Shown: one piece after another, positions 50,433 through 59,800 of the stretch
Numbering within the stretch: the first letter of the stretch is position 1
Layout: each line of letters begins with the position of its first letter
Assembly: GCA_905612225.1 (NCBI GenBank)
Contig: CAJQRG010000006.1
Coordinates: 1,483-65,482, forward strand
Direction of reading: 5' to 3'
Source of the DNA: Emcibacteraceae bacterium
GTDB lineage: Bacteria > Pseudomonadota > Alphaproteobacteria > Sphingomonadales > Emcibacteraceae
DNA length: 64,000 nucleotides
Notes under the pieces: generated by a model
What the model was told of the DNA's origin: nothing
The model's database searches: none
What the model saw: only the letters and a program-made list of their open reading frames with translations
Translations under genes and position numbers: made by a program

Positions 50433-50451
50433 ACATAATAATTTATTATGT
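50433..50451. repeat. Perfect AT-rich palindrome
   Basis: ACATAATAA-T-TTATTATGT downstream of the sulfatase. Confidence 0.6.
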
Positions 50452-50678
50452 CTTTAAATAATTATAAATTTGAATATGAAAAGGCCAATTTGAGACTGCC
50501 TAAACCTGTGCTTTAGCCAACATCTATACTTTTATTGTTAATTTCATTAGGATTTACCATATAAATATATTACGTGCACCTATCTTTAGCATATTAATAT
50601 TAGGTTTACTTGCTGTTGCAACTTTCTATTAAGTTATAGAATAGGGATAGAGGTTAATATAGTTAACGGAGATAATTT

Positions 50679-51482
50679 ATGAATATTACGGATAAAGATA
50701 TTGAAATATATCGACGTGATGGTGTTGTAAAATTAAGTGGTGTGTTTGACCTTAAGTGGGTTGATTTTATGCGACAAGCGACTGAAGAATGCATGAATAA
50801 GCCAAGTGAAATGGCCGAGGAGTACGCGGATAGTAAAAAATCTACAAGATTTTTTGGGGATCAGTTTTTATGGACTTATAATGATAAATTTAAAAAATTT
50901 ATTATGGAAAGTGAAGCGGCAAAAATTGCTGCATATCTCATGGACGCTAGTAAAATAAATATGTTTTTTGACCATTTGCTTGTCAAGGAGCCGGGATCGG
51001 TTGAACCAACACCTTGGCACCAGGATGCCCCTTACTGGAAAGTCAAGGGTACTCAAGTTTGTTCAATATGGTTTGCAATGGATAATGTCACTGAAGAAAC
51101 TGGCGGCGTTCGCTATGTAAAAGGTTCACACGCTACAGGTAATAGATATCGCCCTCAGAGTTTTAATGGTAAAAATAACGATAATTATGGTGATGGTTTA
51201 CTCAAAGTTTTACCTGATATTGATGCGACAGTTCCGGAAGATCAAATCATTTGTTATGATTTGCAGCCTGGTGATTGTCTCGTACATAATTTTAATACTA
51301 TTCATGGTGCAAAAGGAAATGCCACCTCAAAGGTTCGTAGGCGTGGCTACGCCACTCGTTGGACGGGGGAAGATGTAGTTTGGGATCCTCGGCCAGGAAC
51401 AGCTGATATTGTCTCTGACCCCGGACTTTCCCCCGGTGACCCTATGGATAGTAATTTATTTCCCGTTATATGGAGAAAATAA
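50679..51482 (+). CDS. Phytanoyl-CoA dioxygenase (PhyH) family 2OG oxygenase
   Basis: YRRDGVV, LVKEPG, TPWHQD (HxD), KGSH, PGDCLVH, HGA, RRRGYATRW. Confidence 0.9.
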   Translation: MNITDKDIEIYRRDGVVKLSGVFDLKWVDFMRQATEECMNKPSEMAEEYADSKKSTRFFGDQFLWTYNDKFKKFIMESEAAKIAAYLMDASKINMFFDHLLVKEPGSVEPTPWHQDAPYWKVKGTQVCSIWFAMDNVTEETGGVRYVKGSHATGNRYRPQSFNGKNNDNYGDGLLKVLPDIDATVPEDQIICYDLQPGDCLVHNFNTIHGAKGNATSKVRRRGYATRWTGEDVVWDPRPGTADIVSDPGLSPGDPMDSNLFPVIWRK

Positions 51483-51490
51483 TAAATATT

Positions 51491-52090
51491 CTAAATTTCT
51501 TCTTCTGCTAAAACAAGTTCTTCATTTTTGATTTTAAACCTTAACTTTGGCCTATTATCGCAGGCTTCTAGTGCCTTGGTTAGTTCGCGTAAGACAGCAT
51601 TAACTTTATTTGATTTTACTGCTTTTTCAAGAGCAAAGTTAAGAAATGCAGCTGCAGGCTCTGTATTTTTTTCTATTCCAAATGCTAGAAGGCAGGGGAT
51701 TCCATTTCTGATTTTCTCCATAATAAATCGAGCAAATTTTCTATTTTTTGATAATTTATTTCTATCAAGAACAGTAAAGCGAAAACCAGTTTGTTCGGCA
51801 AATGGACCGGGAAAATTTTCTCTAGCAAATTCTATCATTATTTGATTTTGATCGGGTCGCCAGCTATCATCAAGGTCTTCCATGGTTCGCCAAGCACAAT
51901 AAAATTTTTGACAAACGGGCGGCCAGGATGGGTAAAGGGAACATCCTCCCTGAGGTCTTAGGTTATGACAGTTTGTATTTGCTGTTTTTTTAAGTTCAGG
52001 CGTATTAATTGAAACTGTTCTGCAGCAAACTTCGCAATCGCCGCATTCTCTTCCTTGAACTAGATAACTATTATTCGTTTTATTGTACAA
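51491..52090 (-). CDS. Cys-cluster protein (YkgJ/CxxCxxCC-like)
   Basis: RECGDCEVCCR...CHNL...GCSLYPSWPPVCQKFYCAW, WRPD. Confidence 0.7.
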   Translation of the reverse strand: MYNKTNNSYLVQGRECGDCEVCCRTVSINTPELKKTANTNCHNLRPQGGCSLYPSWPPVCQKFYCAWRTMEDLDDSWRPDQNQIMIEFARENFPGPFAEQTGFRFTVLDRNKLSKNRKFARFIMEKIRNGIPCLLAFGIEKNTEPAAAFLNFALEKAVKSNKVNAVLRELTKALEACDNRPKLRFKIKNEELVLAEEEI

Positions 52091-52252
52091 GTTTTCTACT
52101 CACTTGGTTTTATCATGTTAATTTATACCATAACAACAATCCTAACAACAAACGTTATATAGCTGCAAACTATTTAATTTACCCTCCGATTAAAATGACC
52201 ATATGTACATTTGATATTTTACATCGTACATTAAAAGTTGGAGAAAATATAA

Positions 52253-53686
52253 ATGGTTGATCTTATAATTTATGGTGGAACAGTTGTTACAATAGACAAG
52301 GACCGTAGAGTAATTAATGATGGCGGGGTTGTCATTGATAAAGGTCTTATAGTTTTTATAGGTACTTCAAAAGCTGCTAAAGATACCTTCAGTGCAGAAC
52401 GCACAATTAATGCGGAAGGTAAAGTTATCATGCCTGGATTGATTGATGTACATGCCCATGCTGGTCATGGCTTAGTTAAAACTATGGCCATGAACAGTGA
52501 TTGGGAAAGAAACTGCGGCACGATCTATACGTCTGGTTCAACTCCTGAATTTTGGTATGCGGAAGCACGCTTGGCAGCTCTAGAAAGACTTCGTTTTGGT
52601 GTAACATGTGGCGTTTCATTGCTTGGTGGGGGTGATACAATCATGCGAACAGATGACCCTATTTACGCAAATGCCCACTGTAGGGGGGTAGCTGAAGTAG
52701 GTACAAGGTCAGTTGTTGCTATTGGACCAACACGCGCTCCACATCCATTAAAATATTCGCGGTGGGATGGCAATAAATCTACAGAATACGATGTTGACTT
52801 TAAGAAACAAATTGCAACTTGTGAGAAAATATTATCGCGCTGGAATAGATCCATTGATGAGCGCATAATGATTGCTATGATTTATCCTGTTCTGCGGAAT
52901 GAACATAAAGAAAATATGTCGTTCGTAGATTTTGAAGAAGCCGTCAGTCAAGTTAAATTTGTTCGTGAACTATCTAAAGAGGCAAATGTAATTTTCACTC
53001 AAGATGGCCATACCGGGGGTTCCATAAAGCGAGCTGATGACTTAGGGTTATTAGGACCAGATGTACTACTTTCACATGCAACAAACTTATCTAAGGAAGA
53101 AATAGAAATTTGCGCAAAAACAAATACACGTATTGCCCATAATCCATCTGCTGTTGCATCAATTTACGGATACTGCCCAGTTATAGACTTAATTGATGCT
53201 GGCGTAGTTGTTGGCCTAGGTTCTGACGCTACAGCACCAGACAGGTCCGGGGATATGTTTCGCCACATCCAACAATTAATGCATTATCATAGAACTCATT
53301 ATCGTGATGCATCATATATGCCACCAGGAAAAGCTCTTGAAATGGCAACTATTGATGGCGCAATAGCTCTTGGATTAGATCATAAAATTGGATCCTTAGA
53401 AATAGGAAAATGCGGTGATATTATATTAATTGATATGCAATCTGCCCATCTACATCCGGTTAACATGGAACCGTATAGGTTAGCTTGTTTTGCCAATGGT
53501 AATGACGTTGATACGGTAATCGTGGGAGGGGAAGTTATGATGGAAAATAAATTGCCTACTCGGGTTAGTAAAGAAGAAATATTGAGTCAGGCCCAAAATG
53601 AAACAAATAAAATGATAAATCGCATGAATGCTAAGCCATTTCTTGAATTACCAGATGGTTTTTGGGGTAAAACACGATATTTATGA
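52253..53686 (+). CDS. Metal-dependent amidohydrolase/deaminase (SsnA/AtzA/MtaD-like)
   Basis: MPGLIDVHAH, LSHA, AHNPS, GLGSDA, LEMATIDGA, GSLEIGKCGDI. Confidence 0.88.
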   Translation: MVDLIIYGGTVVTIDKDRRVINDGGVVIDKGLIVFIGTSKAAKDTFSAERTINAEGKVIMPGLIDVHAHAGHGLVKTMAMNSDWERNCGTIYTSGSTPEFWYAEARLAALERLRFGVTCGVSLLGGGDTIMRTDDPIYANAHCRGVAEVGTRSVVAIGPTRAPHPLKYSRWDGNKSTEYDVDFKKQIATCEKILSRWNRSIDERIMIAMIYPVLRNEHKENMSFVDFEEAVSQVKFVRELSKEANVIFTQDGHTGGSIKRADDLGLLGPDVLLSHATNLSKEEIEICAKTNTRIAHNPSAVASIYGYCPVIDLIDAGVVVGLGSDATAPDRSGDMFRHIQQLMHYHRTHYRDASYMPPGKALEMATIDGAIALGLDHKIGSLEIGKCGDIILIDMQSAHLHPVNMEPYRLACFANGNDVDTVIVGGEVMMENKLPTRVSKEEILSQAQNETNKMINRMNAKPFLELPDGFWGKTRYL

Positions 53687-53696
53687 TGAGAAATAA

Positions 53697-54536
53697 ATGA
53701 AATTACTTATTTATATTTTAACTTTTAGCGCTCTATTTATTCTTTCTAATCTTGCAGTTGCACAAAATGTCGTGTCCGTCGGTAATGATAAGTTTGATAG
53801 GCATGATGACGAACTTCACGTTGGGTTAGTTATCACGACACCGCCGCGTTCTTATTATACAAATTCCGATCCATCTCAGCCTTTAATAGGTTATGAACCG
53901 GATATTTTGAACGAAATAGCGAGAAGGTTGAATAAAATAATTGTTTATTATGATGTCGCTTGGACGGGTCTATTCACTGGATTATTATCACAAAAGTGGG
54001 ATATTGCCGCATCTAATATCTTCATAAATGAAGAACGACAAATTATGATGGATTTCTCTGAACCTCATTTTGATACAGGCATGGGGATGATTGTAAGTGT
54101 TAATTCTAATATTTCATCTCTTGATGATATTAAGGGTAAAGTATTAGGGGTGGATATTGGTTCAGGAGCAGAGGTTTGGTTACGCGAGAATATGGATCAA
54201 TATGGCCCTTATGTAATTCAATCATATAATGGTACTCCCGATGTATTTTTAGACGTTCAAACTGGCCGCTTAGATGGAGGCGTTTCTGATTTAAGTATTA
54301 TTGACTGGTATGTGGAAAGTCATAAAATGCGTTTGAAACGCGGTGCAACGCTTGGTGAACCCTATAAAGTGGGATTTGCTTTTAGGAAAAAATCACCACT
54401 CATCGAGGACATAACCAAAGCAATTAGGGAGATGAAAAAGGATGGAACGATAGGTAATATATATAAAAATTATCATGGTGTTTATCCAGACAAAAATAAC
54501 TCTGCCTATATACTTTATGAAGAAATGGAGAAGTAA
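53697..54536 (+). CDS. Polar amino-acid ABC transporter substrate-binding protein (family 3)
   Basis: Signal peptide, GYEPDILNEIARRL, INEERQ, DFSEP, DVQTGRLD. Confidence 0.9.
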   Translation: MKLLIYILTFSALFILSNLAVAQNVVSVGNDKFDRHDDELHVGLVITTPPRSYYTNSDPSQPLIGYEPDILNEIARRLNKIIVYYDVAWTGLFTGLLSQKWDIAASNIFINEERQIMMDFSEPHFDTGMGMIVSVNSNISSLDDIKGKVLGVDIGSGAEVWLRENMDQYGPYVIQSYNGTPDVFLDVQTGRLDGGVSDLSIIDWYVESHKMRLKRGATLGEPYKVGFAFRKKSPLIEDITKAIREMKKDGTIGNIYKNYHGVYPDKNNSAYILYEEMEK

Positions 54537-54540
54537 AGCC

Positions 54541-55314
54541 ATGGCTCTAAATATATATAAATATCTACCTAATTTAAGTATCTTTGTGGCCATAGTGCTG
54601 TTGGTGGTATATGGAATATTTTTTTCAGCCGCTGATTGGTCTCTATTCCAGGAACAGTTCTTTAATTTTGAAAAGATGCAGGGGCGGTATCATATTTTTA
54701 TATCTCCTTTAATTTTGATTTTAAAAATATCATTTTTTAGTTGCTTTTGGGCTACTCTCATTGGATTTATCATGGCAGTAGTAAGAAATTTTAACAATAT
54801 TTTTTTAAACCGATTTATTACGGCTTATGTAGTCCTATTTCGTTCTATTCCAGCTATGGTTCTAGTGGTTTTGGTATACTTTGCCCTGCCATATGTCGGC
54901 TTGAACTTGATTTCAACAAGTTCTGTTATTGCATCACTTTCATTACTTTTTAGTGCCTATACTACCGAAATTTTTCGTTCTGGAATAAATTCAGTTGATC
55001 GTTTTCAGCTCGATGCTGCTAATGCTTTAGGGATGGGAAGTATGCAATCGATGAGATGGGTTATTTTACCACAAGCGTTAAGAATTATTATACCTCCACT
55101 TACTTCTGTATTAATTGATATTTTAAAAACGACTTCTATTGCCTACGTAGTTGGCGTGCCAGAATTAATCGCTAGAGCGCGTCAAATGGAAGGAGTGATT
55201 GGTTCGGTAACACCATTGATATTTGTTTCTTTCCTTTATTTTATAATTATTTTGCCGGTGGTTTTATTCTCAAGTCGATTAGAAAAACGAAGTCGTCGCT
55301 GGAGTAAAAGTTAA
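54541..55314 (+). CDS. Polar amino-acid ABC permease
   Basis: FRSIP, AYTTEIFRSGI, ANALGM, ILPQALR, LKTTSI; start at ATG 54541. Confidence 0.9.
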   Translation: MALNIYKYLPNLSIFVAIVLLVVYGIFFSAADWSLFQEQFFNFEKMQGRYHIFISPLILILKISFFSCFWATLIGFIMAVVRNFNNIFLNRFITAYVVLFRSIPAMVLVVLVYFALPYVGLNLISTSSVIASLSLLFSAYTTEIFRSGINSVDRFQLDAANALGMGSMQSMRWVILPQALRIIIPPLTSVLIDILKTTSIAYVVGVPELIARARQMEGVIGSVTPLIFVSFLYFIIILPVVLFSSRLEKRSRRWSKS

Positions 55315-55317
55315 ATC

Positions 55318-56004
55318 ATGTTAGATTTTGATATTAATGAAATTAAACATATTTTCTTTAATATGGAAGTTATGGAGGGGCAGTGGGGGTTATTATTTTC
55401 CGGATTATGGGTCACTGTCAAGATAGCTGCCGTTTCAATAATTTTTTCTACAATACTTGGCTTACTTGTTGCTATCGTTAGAATACAAAATAATTCTGCT
55501 TACAATTTATTGTTAATTGCGTATTTGGAGTTTTGCCGTGCGACGCCGATTGTAGTTGCATTAATAGTTGTTTATTTCGGACTTCCTTTTTTAAATATTA
55601 CTTTCTCACCTTTCCAGTCTGCAGTGATTGTTATCGTATTTGTGCACACGGCTTATATTGGTGAAGCGTTTAGATCTGGAATATTAGCGATTAATAAGTC
55701 CCAAAATGAGGCGGCGCAGTCACTTGGCCTTAATCAAATACAAACTTACCAATATATTTTGGTGCCACAAGCTTTTCGAATTGTATTACCAACGCTTGCA
55801 AATCAATGGACTGGTATTATAAAAGATACCTCAATTTGTACTATTTTGGCCATCACTGAACTTCTTAAGGCAGCCCAAATTATTGCAGCTTGGAAAGCTA
55901 ATCCAACCCCATTAGTCATGAGTACTTTAATGTATCTTCTTATTCTTATTCCTTTAACCATCTTTACTATGAGACTTGAAAAAAATGCGAGAATAAAAAA
56001 ATGA
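55318..56004 (+). CDS. Polar amino-acid ABC permease
   Basis: RATP, AYIGEAFRSGI, QNEAAQSLG, VPQAFR, IKDTSI. Confidence 0.9.
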   Translation: MLDFDINEIKHIFFNMEVMEGQWGLLFSGLWVTVKIAAVSIIFSTILGLLVAIVRIQNNSAYNLLLIAYLEFCRATPIVVALIVVYFGLPFLNITFSPFQSAVIVIVFVHTAYIGEAFRSGILAINKSQNEAAQSLGLNQIQTYQYILVPQAFRIVLPTLANQWTGIIKDTSICTILAITELLKAAQIIAAWKANPTPLVMSTLMYLLILIPLTIFTMRLEKNARIKK

Positions 56005-56750
56005 AAAAGAAAATTCATTCAGAGGCAATACTCCGTATTATTGGGCTGAACAAATATTTTGGTGAGGAACATATTTTAAAATCAATATCTACGACCATTA
56101 AAAAGGGGGAGGTTGTCGCCATTATGGGGCCGTCTGGAGGAGGTAAGAGTACCTTTATTCGTTGTATCAATAGGATTGAAGAACCAACCACCGGCCAAGT
56201 ATACTTTGGTGATTTGGAGGTTACAGGTTCAAAAAATAAAATATGTGACATAAGACGAGATATTGGTATGGTTTTTCAAAATTTTGCTTTATTTCCTCAT
56301 TTAACTGCTCTTGAAAACATCATGCTTGCACCAACAAAGGTAAAAAAAATATCTAAGGAAAAAGCAAAACTAAAGGCAATGGCTTTGCTCAAAAGAGTAG
56401 GACTTGAAGATAAGGCTAATAGCTTTCCAGAACAACTTTCTGGGGGACAGCAACAACGTGTTGCTATTGCAAGGTCGCTTGCCATGGACCCAACAATACT
56501 TCTTTTTGATGAACCAACATCTGCACTTGACCCTGAGATGGTTCGAGAAGTTCTTGATGTTATGGTTTCGCTTGCTGAGGAGGGAATGACTATGGTTGTT
56601 GTAAGCCACGAAATAAATTTTATTAAAGAAGCGGCATCGCGAGTTTTAGTTTTGGTTAATGGAGAAATCATTGAAGATGGATCATCAAAACAAGTAATTG
56701 AAAAACCAAGTCATCAGAGAACAAAAGAATTTTTAGGGAATTTATTGTAA
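56001..56750 (+). CDS. Polar amino-acid ABC ATP-binding protein (GlnQ-like)
   Basis: [45 protein letters not shown]. Confidence 0.93.
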   Translation: MKKKIHSEAILRIIGLNKYFGEEHILKSISTTIKKGEVVAIMGPSGGGKSTFIRCINRIEEPTTGQVYFGDLEVTGSKNKICDIRRDIGMVFQNFALFPHLTALENIMLAPTKVKKISKEKAKLKAMALLKRVGLEDKANSFPEQLSGGQQQRVAIARSLAMDPTILLFDEPTSALDPEMVREVLDVMVSLAEEGMTMVVVSHEINFIKEAASRVLVLVNGEIIEDGSSKQVIEKPSHQRTKEFLGNLL

Positions 56751-56784
56751 TATATATTCTATAATAATTAAGGGAATACTAAAT

Positions 56785-57981
56785 ATGTCTAAAATGAATG
56801 ATATTTTATTATCATCTGCTGAAAAACAAACTCTTACTGAAAAAATAGAAAATAAAATGAAAAGTAATGGTTATGATGCGTTGCTTGTTTTTGGCAGTAG
56901 CAATATTACCTATCTATCTTGTGGAATTGTTTTTCCGTATTTGGATCAAAAGGTTGTACAGCCAGTAGCACTTTATATTTGTTATAAAACTGGTAAGCGT
57001 ATCATTGTATGTACAAATGATCTTGCTGATATCCCCAAACAATTAAATTGGAACGGGGAAGTTGTTATATATAACCTTAATGAGCAAACGCCAGAGGCAT
57101 CAATTGCTGAAGTCCTTAAAAACTATATTTCTAGCAAAGTGGCTATTGATGAAAACTATATGACTGCAGCACAAATTAAAGCTCTAAAAAAGTCGATAAG
57201 TGGGCTGGTGACTGTAAGCGGTGATCAAGTATTTGATGATTTAAAACTTCTTAAGACAGATGCAGAAATAAGATTACTTGAAATTGCCTGTAGAATGGGT
57301 GACCGGGGTTTTATCAGCGCTTTAAACCATAGTGAAGGGGCGGCCTTGGATGCCCTTAGTTACCCACTTTGGGAATATGCGGAACGTTTTCGTGTTCATG
57401 TAGGTGAATATGGAGGGTCTTGTGTGGGCAACATGGTCGTAGTTCAAGGTAAGGATTGTAAAGAATTGTATGCTAGATGCGAACCAAGGGCTGTTTTAAA
57501 CGAAACTGGTTTTGTTCGATTGGAGTACTCTCTGCATAATTCTGGTTATTGGATCACAGGCTCAAGAACTGTTTACTTGGGTCAAACTAATGAACAAGCA
57601 GAGAGAGCGTGGAAGAATAATCAAACTTTAAAAAATATTGCCCTAAAAAATCTCCGTACAGGTGTAAAATCAAGCGAAGTCTATAATGCGGTTAAACGTT
57701 TAAGTGAAGAATTAAATATACCATTTTGGGAGGGTATTGATTTAGGTCACGGCGTAGGTACCAGAGAGCGTGAAGCACCATTTTTAGCTCCCTATGATGA
57801 TACTTTAATAACTGAGGGCATGGTCATAGTATTGGGAGTTTACACCTACGGAAATGATAAAGAATTGATCTGTAATAAAGATGTGTATGTAGTCACAAAT
57901 GATGAACCGCGCCTACTTAATTGGTATAAAAACTGGGATGATCTATACATTCTTTATGGCACATCAGCCCGTCACGGTTAA
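56785..57981 (+). CDS. M24 pita-bread fold protein with degenerate metal site
   Basis: Creatinase_N-like start (YDALLV, NITYLS), LKTDAEI, GYWITGSRT, LGHGVG...EAP. Confidence 0.8.
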   Translation: MSKMNDILLSSAEKQTLTEKIENKMKSNGYDALLVFGSSNITYLSCGIVFPYLDQKVVQPVALYICYKTGKRIIVCTNDLADIPKQLNWNGEVVIYNLNEQTPEASIAEVLKNYISSKVAIDENYMTAAQIKALKKSISGLVTVSGDQVFDDLKLLKTDAEIRLLEIACRMGDRGFISALNHSEGAALDALSYPLWEYAERFRVHVGEYGGSCVGNMVVVQGKDCKELYARCEPRAVLNETGFVRLEYSLHNSGYWITGSRTVYLGQTNEQAERAWKNNQTLKNIALKNLRTGVKSSEVYNAVKRLSEELNIPFWEGIDLGHGVGTREREAPFLAPYDDTLITEGMVIVLGVYTYGNDKELICNKDVYVVTNDEPRLLNWYKNWDDLYILYGTSARHG

Positions 57982-57999
57982 TAAAGGAAAATTGACATT

Positions 58000-59172
58000 A
58001 TGAATAATCTTGAGCAAGAAATAACTAAAAAAATAACTACAATTATCGATGTTAATCACCTTGATGTACTTATTATTTCGGATATCTATAATATTCAATA
58101 TGCTACTAATATTAAAATTCCGTGTGCCCATGCACAATCCGACTTACGGATGTTCGCACTCTTAAAGAAAAACAACAACCCAATAGTAGTTGTGCCAAAG
58201 TGCTGGGAAAACTTTGTTAAAGAATCTAATCATAATGTTGATGTTTTTGCTTATTCTTTGCAGCATGATCAATTGGCAAGCGCTATTAAAATGGTATTTA
58301 AAAAGTGTAGTTCAGCAAAACGCTTTGGCAGCGATGATGAACTAATTTCAATTAAAATAAGTGAAATGATAAAAAAAGAAATTGCTGCATTGGGAAGCGA
58401 ACACATTGCGTGTGCGGATGATATTATGGGTGCACGATCAACAAAAACAAAGACGGAAATTAAACATTTAAAGTCAATTGCTATGAAAACTGACCATGCA
58501 ATCAATGGATATTATCACCATTTAATTGCAGATAGATCAAAATCATCAATGAGTATTTCAGAAAATTTACGTATTCACAGTTTAGAGCGTGACATCTACC
58601 TTGAAGGTTATAATGCCTGTTCACGTGGAGTTATTGGCAATAGCATATCGAATATATGGTCTTATGCGCCAAAATTTGGTTTTGCGGCAAGTGACTTTAC
58701 AGAGATCGGGGACACAATTATTGCTGACGCAATGAATAATGAGAACGGGTATTGGAGTAACTCAACACGGATTGCCATTATGTCTGAAGAAATGAGTGAT
58801 GAACAAGAAATTGCATATAGGCATTTAGTGGAATTACGTAAAATTCTTTGCAATTCATTAAGGGTAGGACTTAGGTGTTGCGAAGTTTATCAAGATGTAG
58901 TGGAAAAAGCGACAAACTTAGGTATTGAAATCATTGACGGTCATGCATTAGGTTTTAATGTTGGCGTATCTCCGATGGAAGGTCCATTTTTAAGTTTGGG
59001 GGACCAAACAATACTTAAAAAAAATATGATACTTATCCTTGACGGTTTAGTTAAGTATAAATCTCTATTCTATCGATCACGAGATACTGTCTTGCTAGAC
59101 ATAGATGAAGTTAAAGTAATCAATGATTATAAGTCTTGGGAAGAACCATATTTCGCCCTAAATACTATTTAA
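58000..59172 (+). CDS. M24 pita-bread fold protein with degenerate metal site (paralogue)
   Basis: LDVLII, NIQYAT, KTKTEI, GYWSNSTR, LGFNVG...EGP. Confidence 0.78.
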   Translation: MNNLEQEITKKITTIIDVNHLDVLIISDIYNIQYATNIKIPCAHAQSDLRMFALLKKNNNPIVVVPKCWENFVKESNHNVDVFAYSLQHDQLASAIKMVFKKCSSAKRFGSDDELISIKISEMIKKEIAALGSEHIACADDIMGARSTKTKTEIKHLKSIAMKTDHAINGYYHHLIADRSKSSMSISENLRIHSLERDIYLEGYNACSRGVIGNSISNIWSYAPKFGFAASDFTEIGDTIIADAMNNENGYWSNSTRIAIMSEEMSDEQEIAYRHLVELRKILCNSLRVGLRCCEVYQDVVEKATNLGIEIIDGHALGFNVGVSPMEGPFLSLGDQTILKKNMILILDGLVKYKSLFYRSRDTVLLDIDEVKVINDYKSWEEPYFALNTI

Positions 59173-59359
59173 AATTAGTTACTTAGGATGAATAAATGGC
59201 CAATAATACCGCCCCATATTACAACTATCTGTCGTTTTAAATTGTATTTACATAAGAAATAATTCATATAAATTAATAATTTATAGTGTTTATTGGTTTT
59301 TATTGGTGTTTTGTGGTATGGTATATTTCTTTACAATATATGGTTAGGCTTGTGGGTTA

Positions 59360-59791
59360 ATGGATTTTAAATTACCAAAAATTAATAAAAGTCTGCACTG
59401 GACAACAGATTTGAGCGAAAGGGCCCTTCTTGCTATTATTGGAATAGCAACCTGTATTGCAGCTGGTCAATATTTGTTTTCAATGTTTCAAGCAAGAGAG
59501 ATCCTTCTTTCAGATCTTTTCTTACTATTTATATATGTTGAAATAATAGGAATGGTTGGAGCTTTCTATAGCACAAATAGAATTCCTGTTACTCTCCCTA
59601 TCATTATCGCAATTACGGCTCTGTGCCGATTAATTGTTATGCAAAGTAAAGACATAGACGCTTTATTGTTGATGGGGGAAGCAGGGGCAATATTAATTTT
59701 ATCTATATCTGCTTATATTATGAGTTTAAAAGATAAGTTAAGTATTGAAAAAGAAAAAGAAAAAGATAAAGAAAAGAATAAACTTCTATAA
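59360..59791 (+). CDS. PsiE family membrane protein
   Basis: LSDLFLLFIYVEIIGMV, RIPVTLPIIIAITALCRLIV. Confidence 0.88.
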   Translation: MDFKLPKINKSLHWTTDLSERALLAIIGIATCIAAGQYLFSMFQAREILLSDLFLLFIYVEIIGMVGAFYSTNRIPVTLPIIIAITALCRLIVMQSKDIDALLLMGEAGAILILSISAYIMSLKDKLSIEKEKEKDKEKNKLL

Positions 59792-59800
59792 AAATATTCC

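Noticed and set aside
56297-56671. Antisense ORFs of 60-124 aa over the ATPase and other conserved genes
   Set aside because: Short shadows of conserved coding frames, without coupled starts or recognisable motifs
53697-59172. Calling this the ectoine ehu/eut system
   Set aside because: No eutABCE/doeBCD or MocR-type regulator nearby and I do not recognise EutD-specific motifs
59174-59250. Short minus-strand reading LKRQIVVIWGGIIGHLFILSN as a gene remnant
   Set aside because: Too short, with no clear start or recognisable family
59745-59785. GAAAAA-type tandem repeat at the psiE 3' end
   Set aside because: Low-complexity EKEKEKDKEK tail; imperfect and in frame, with no sign of a phase-variation tract
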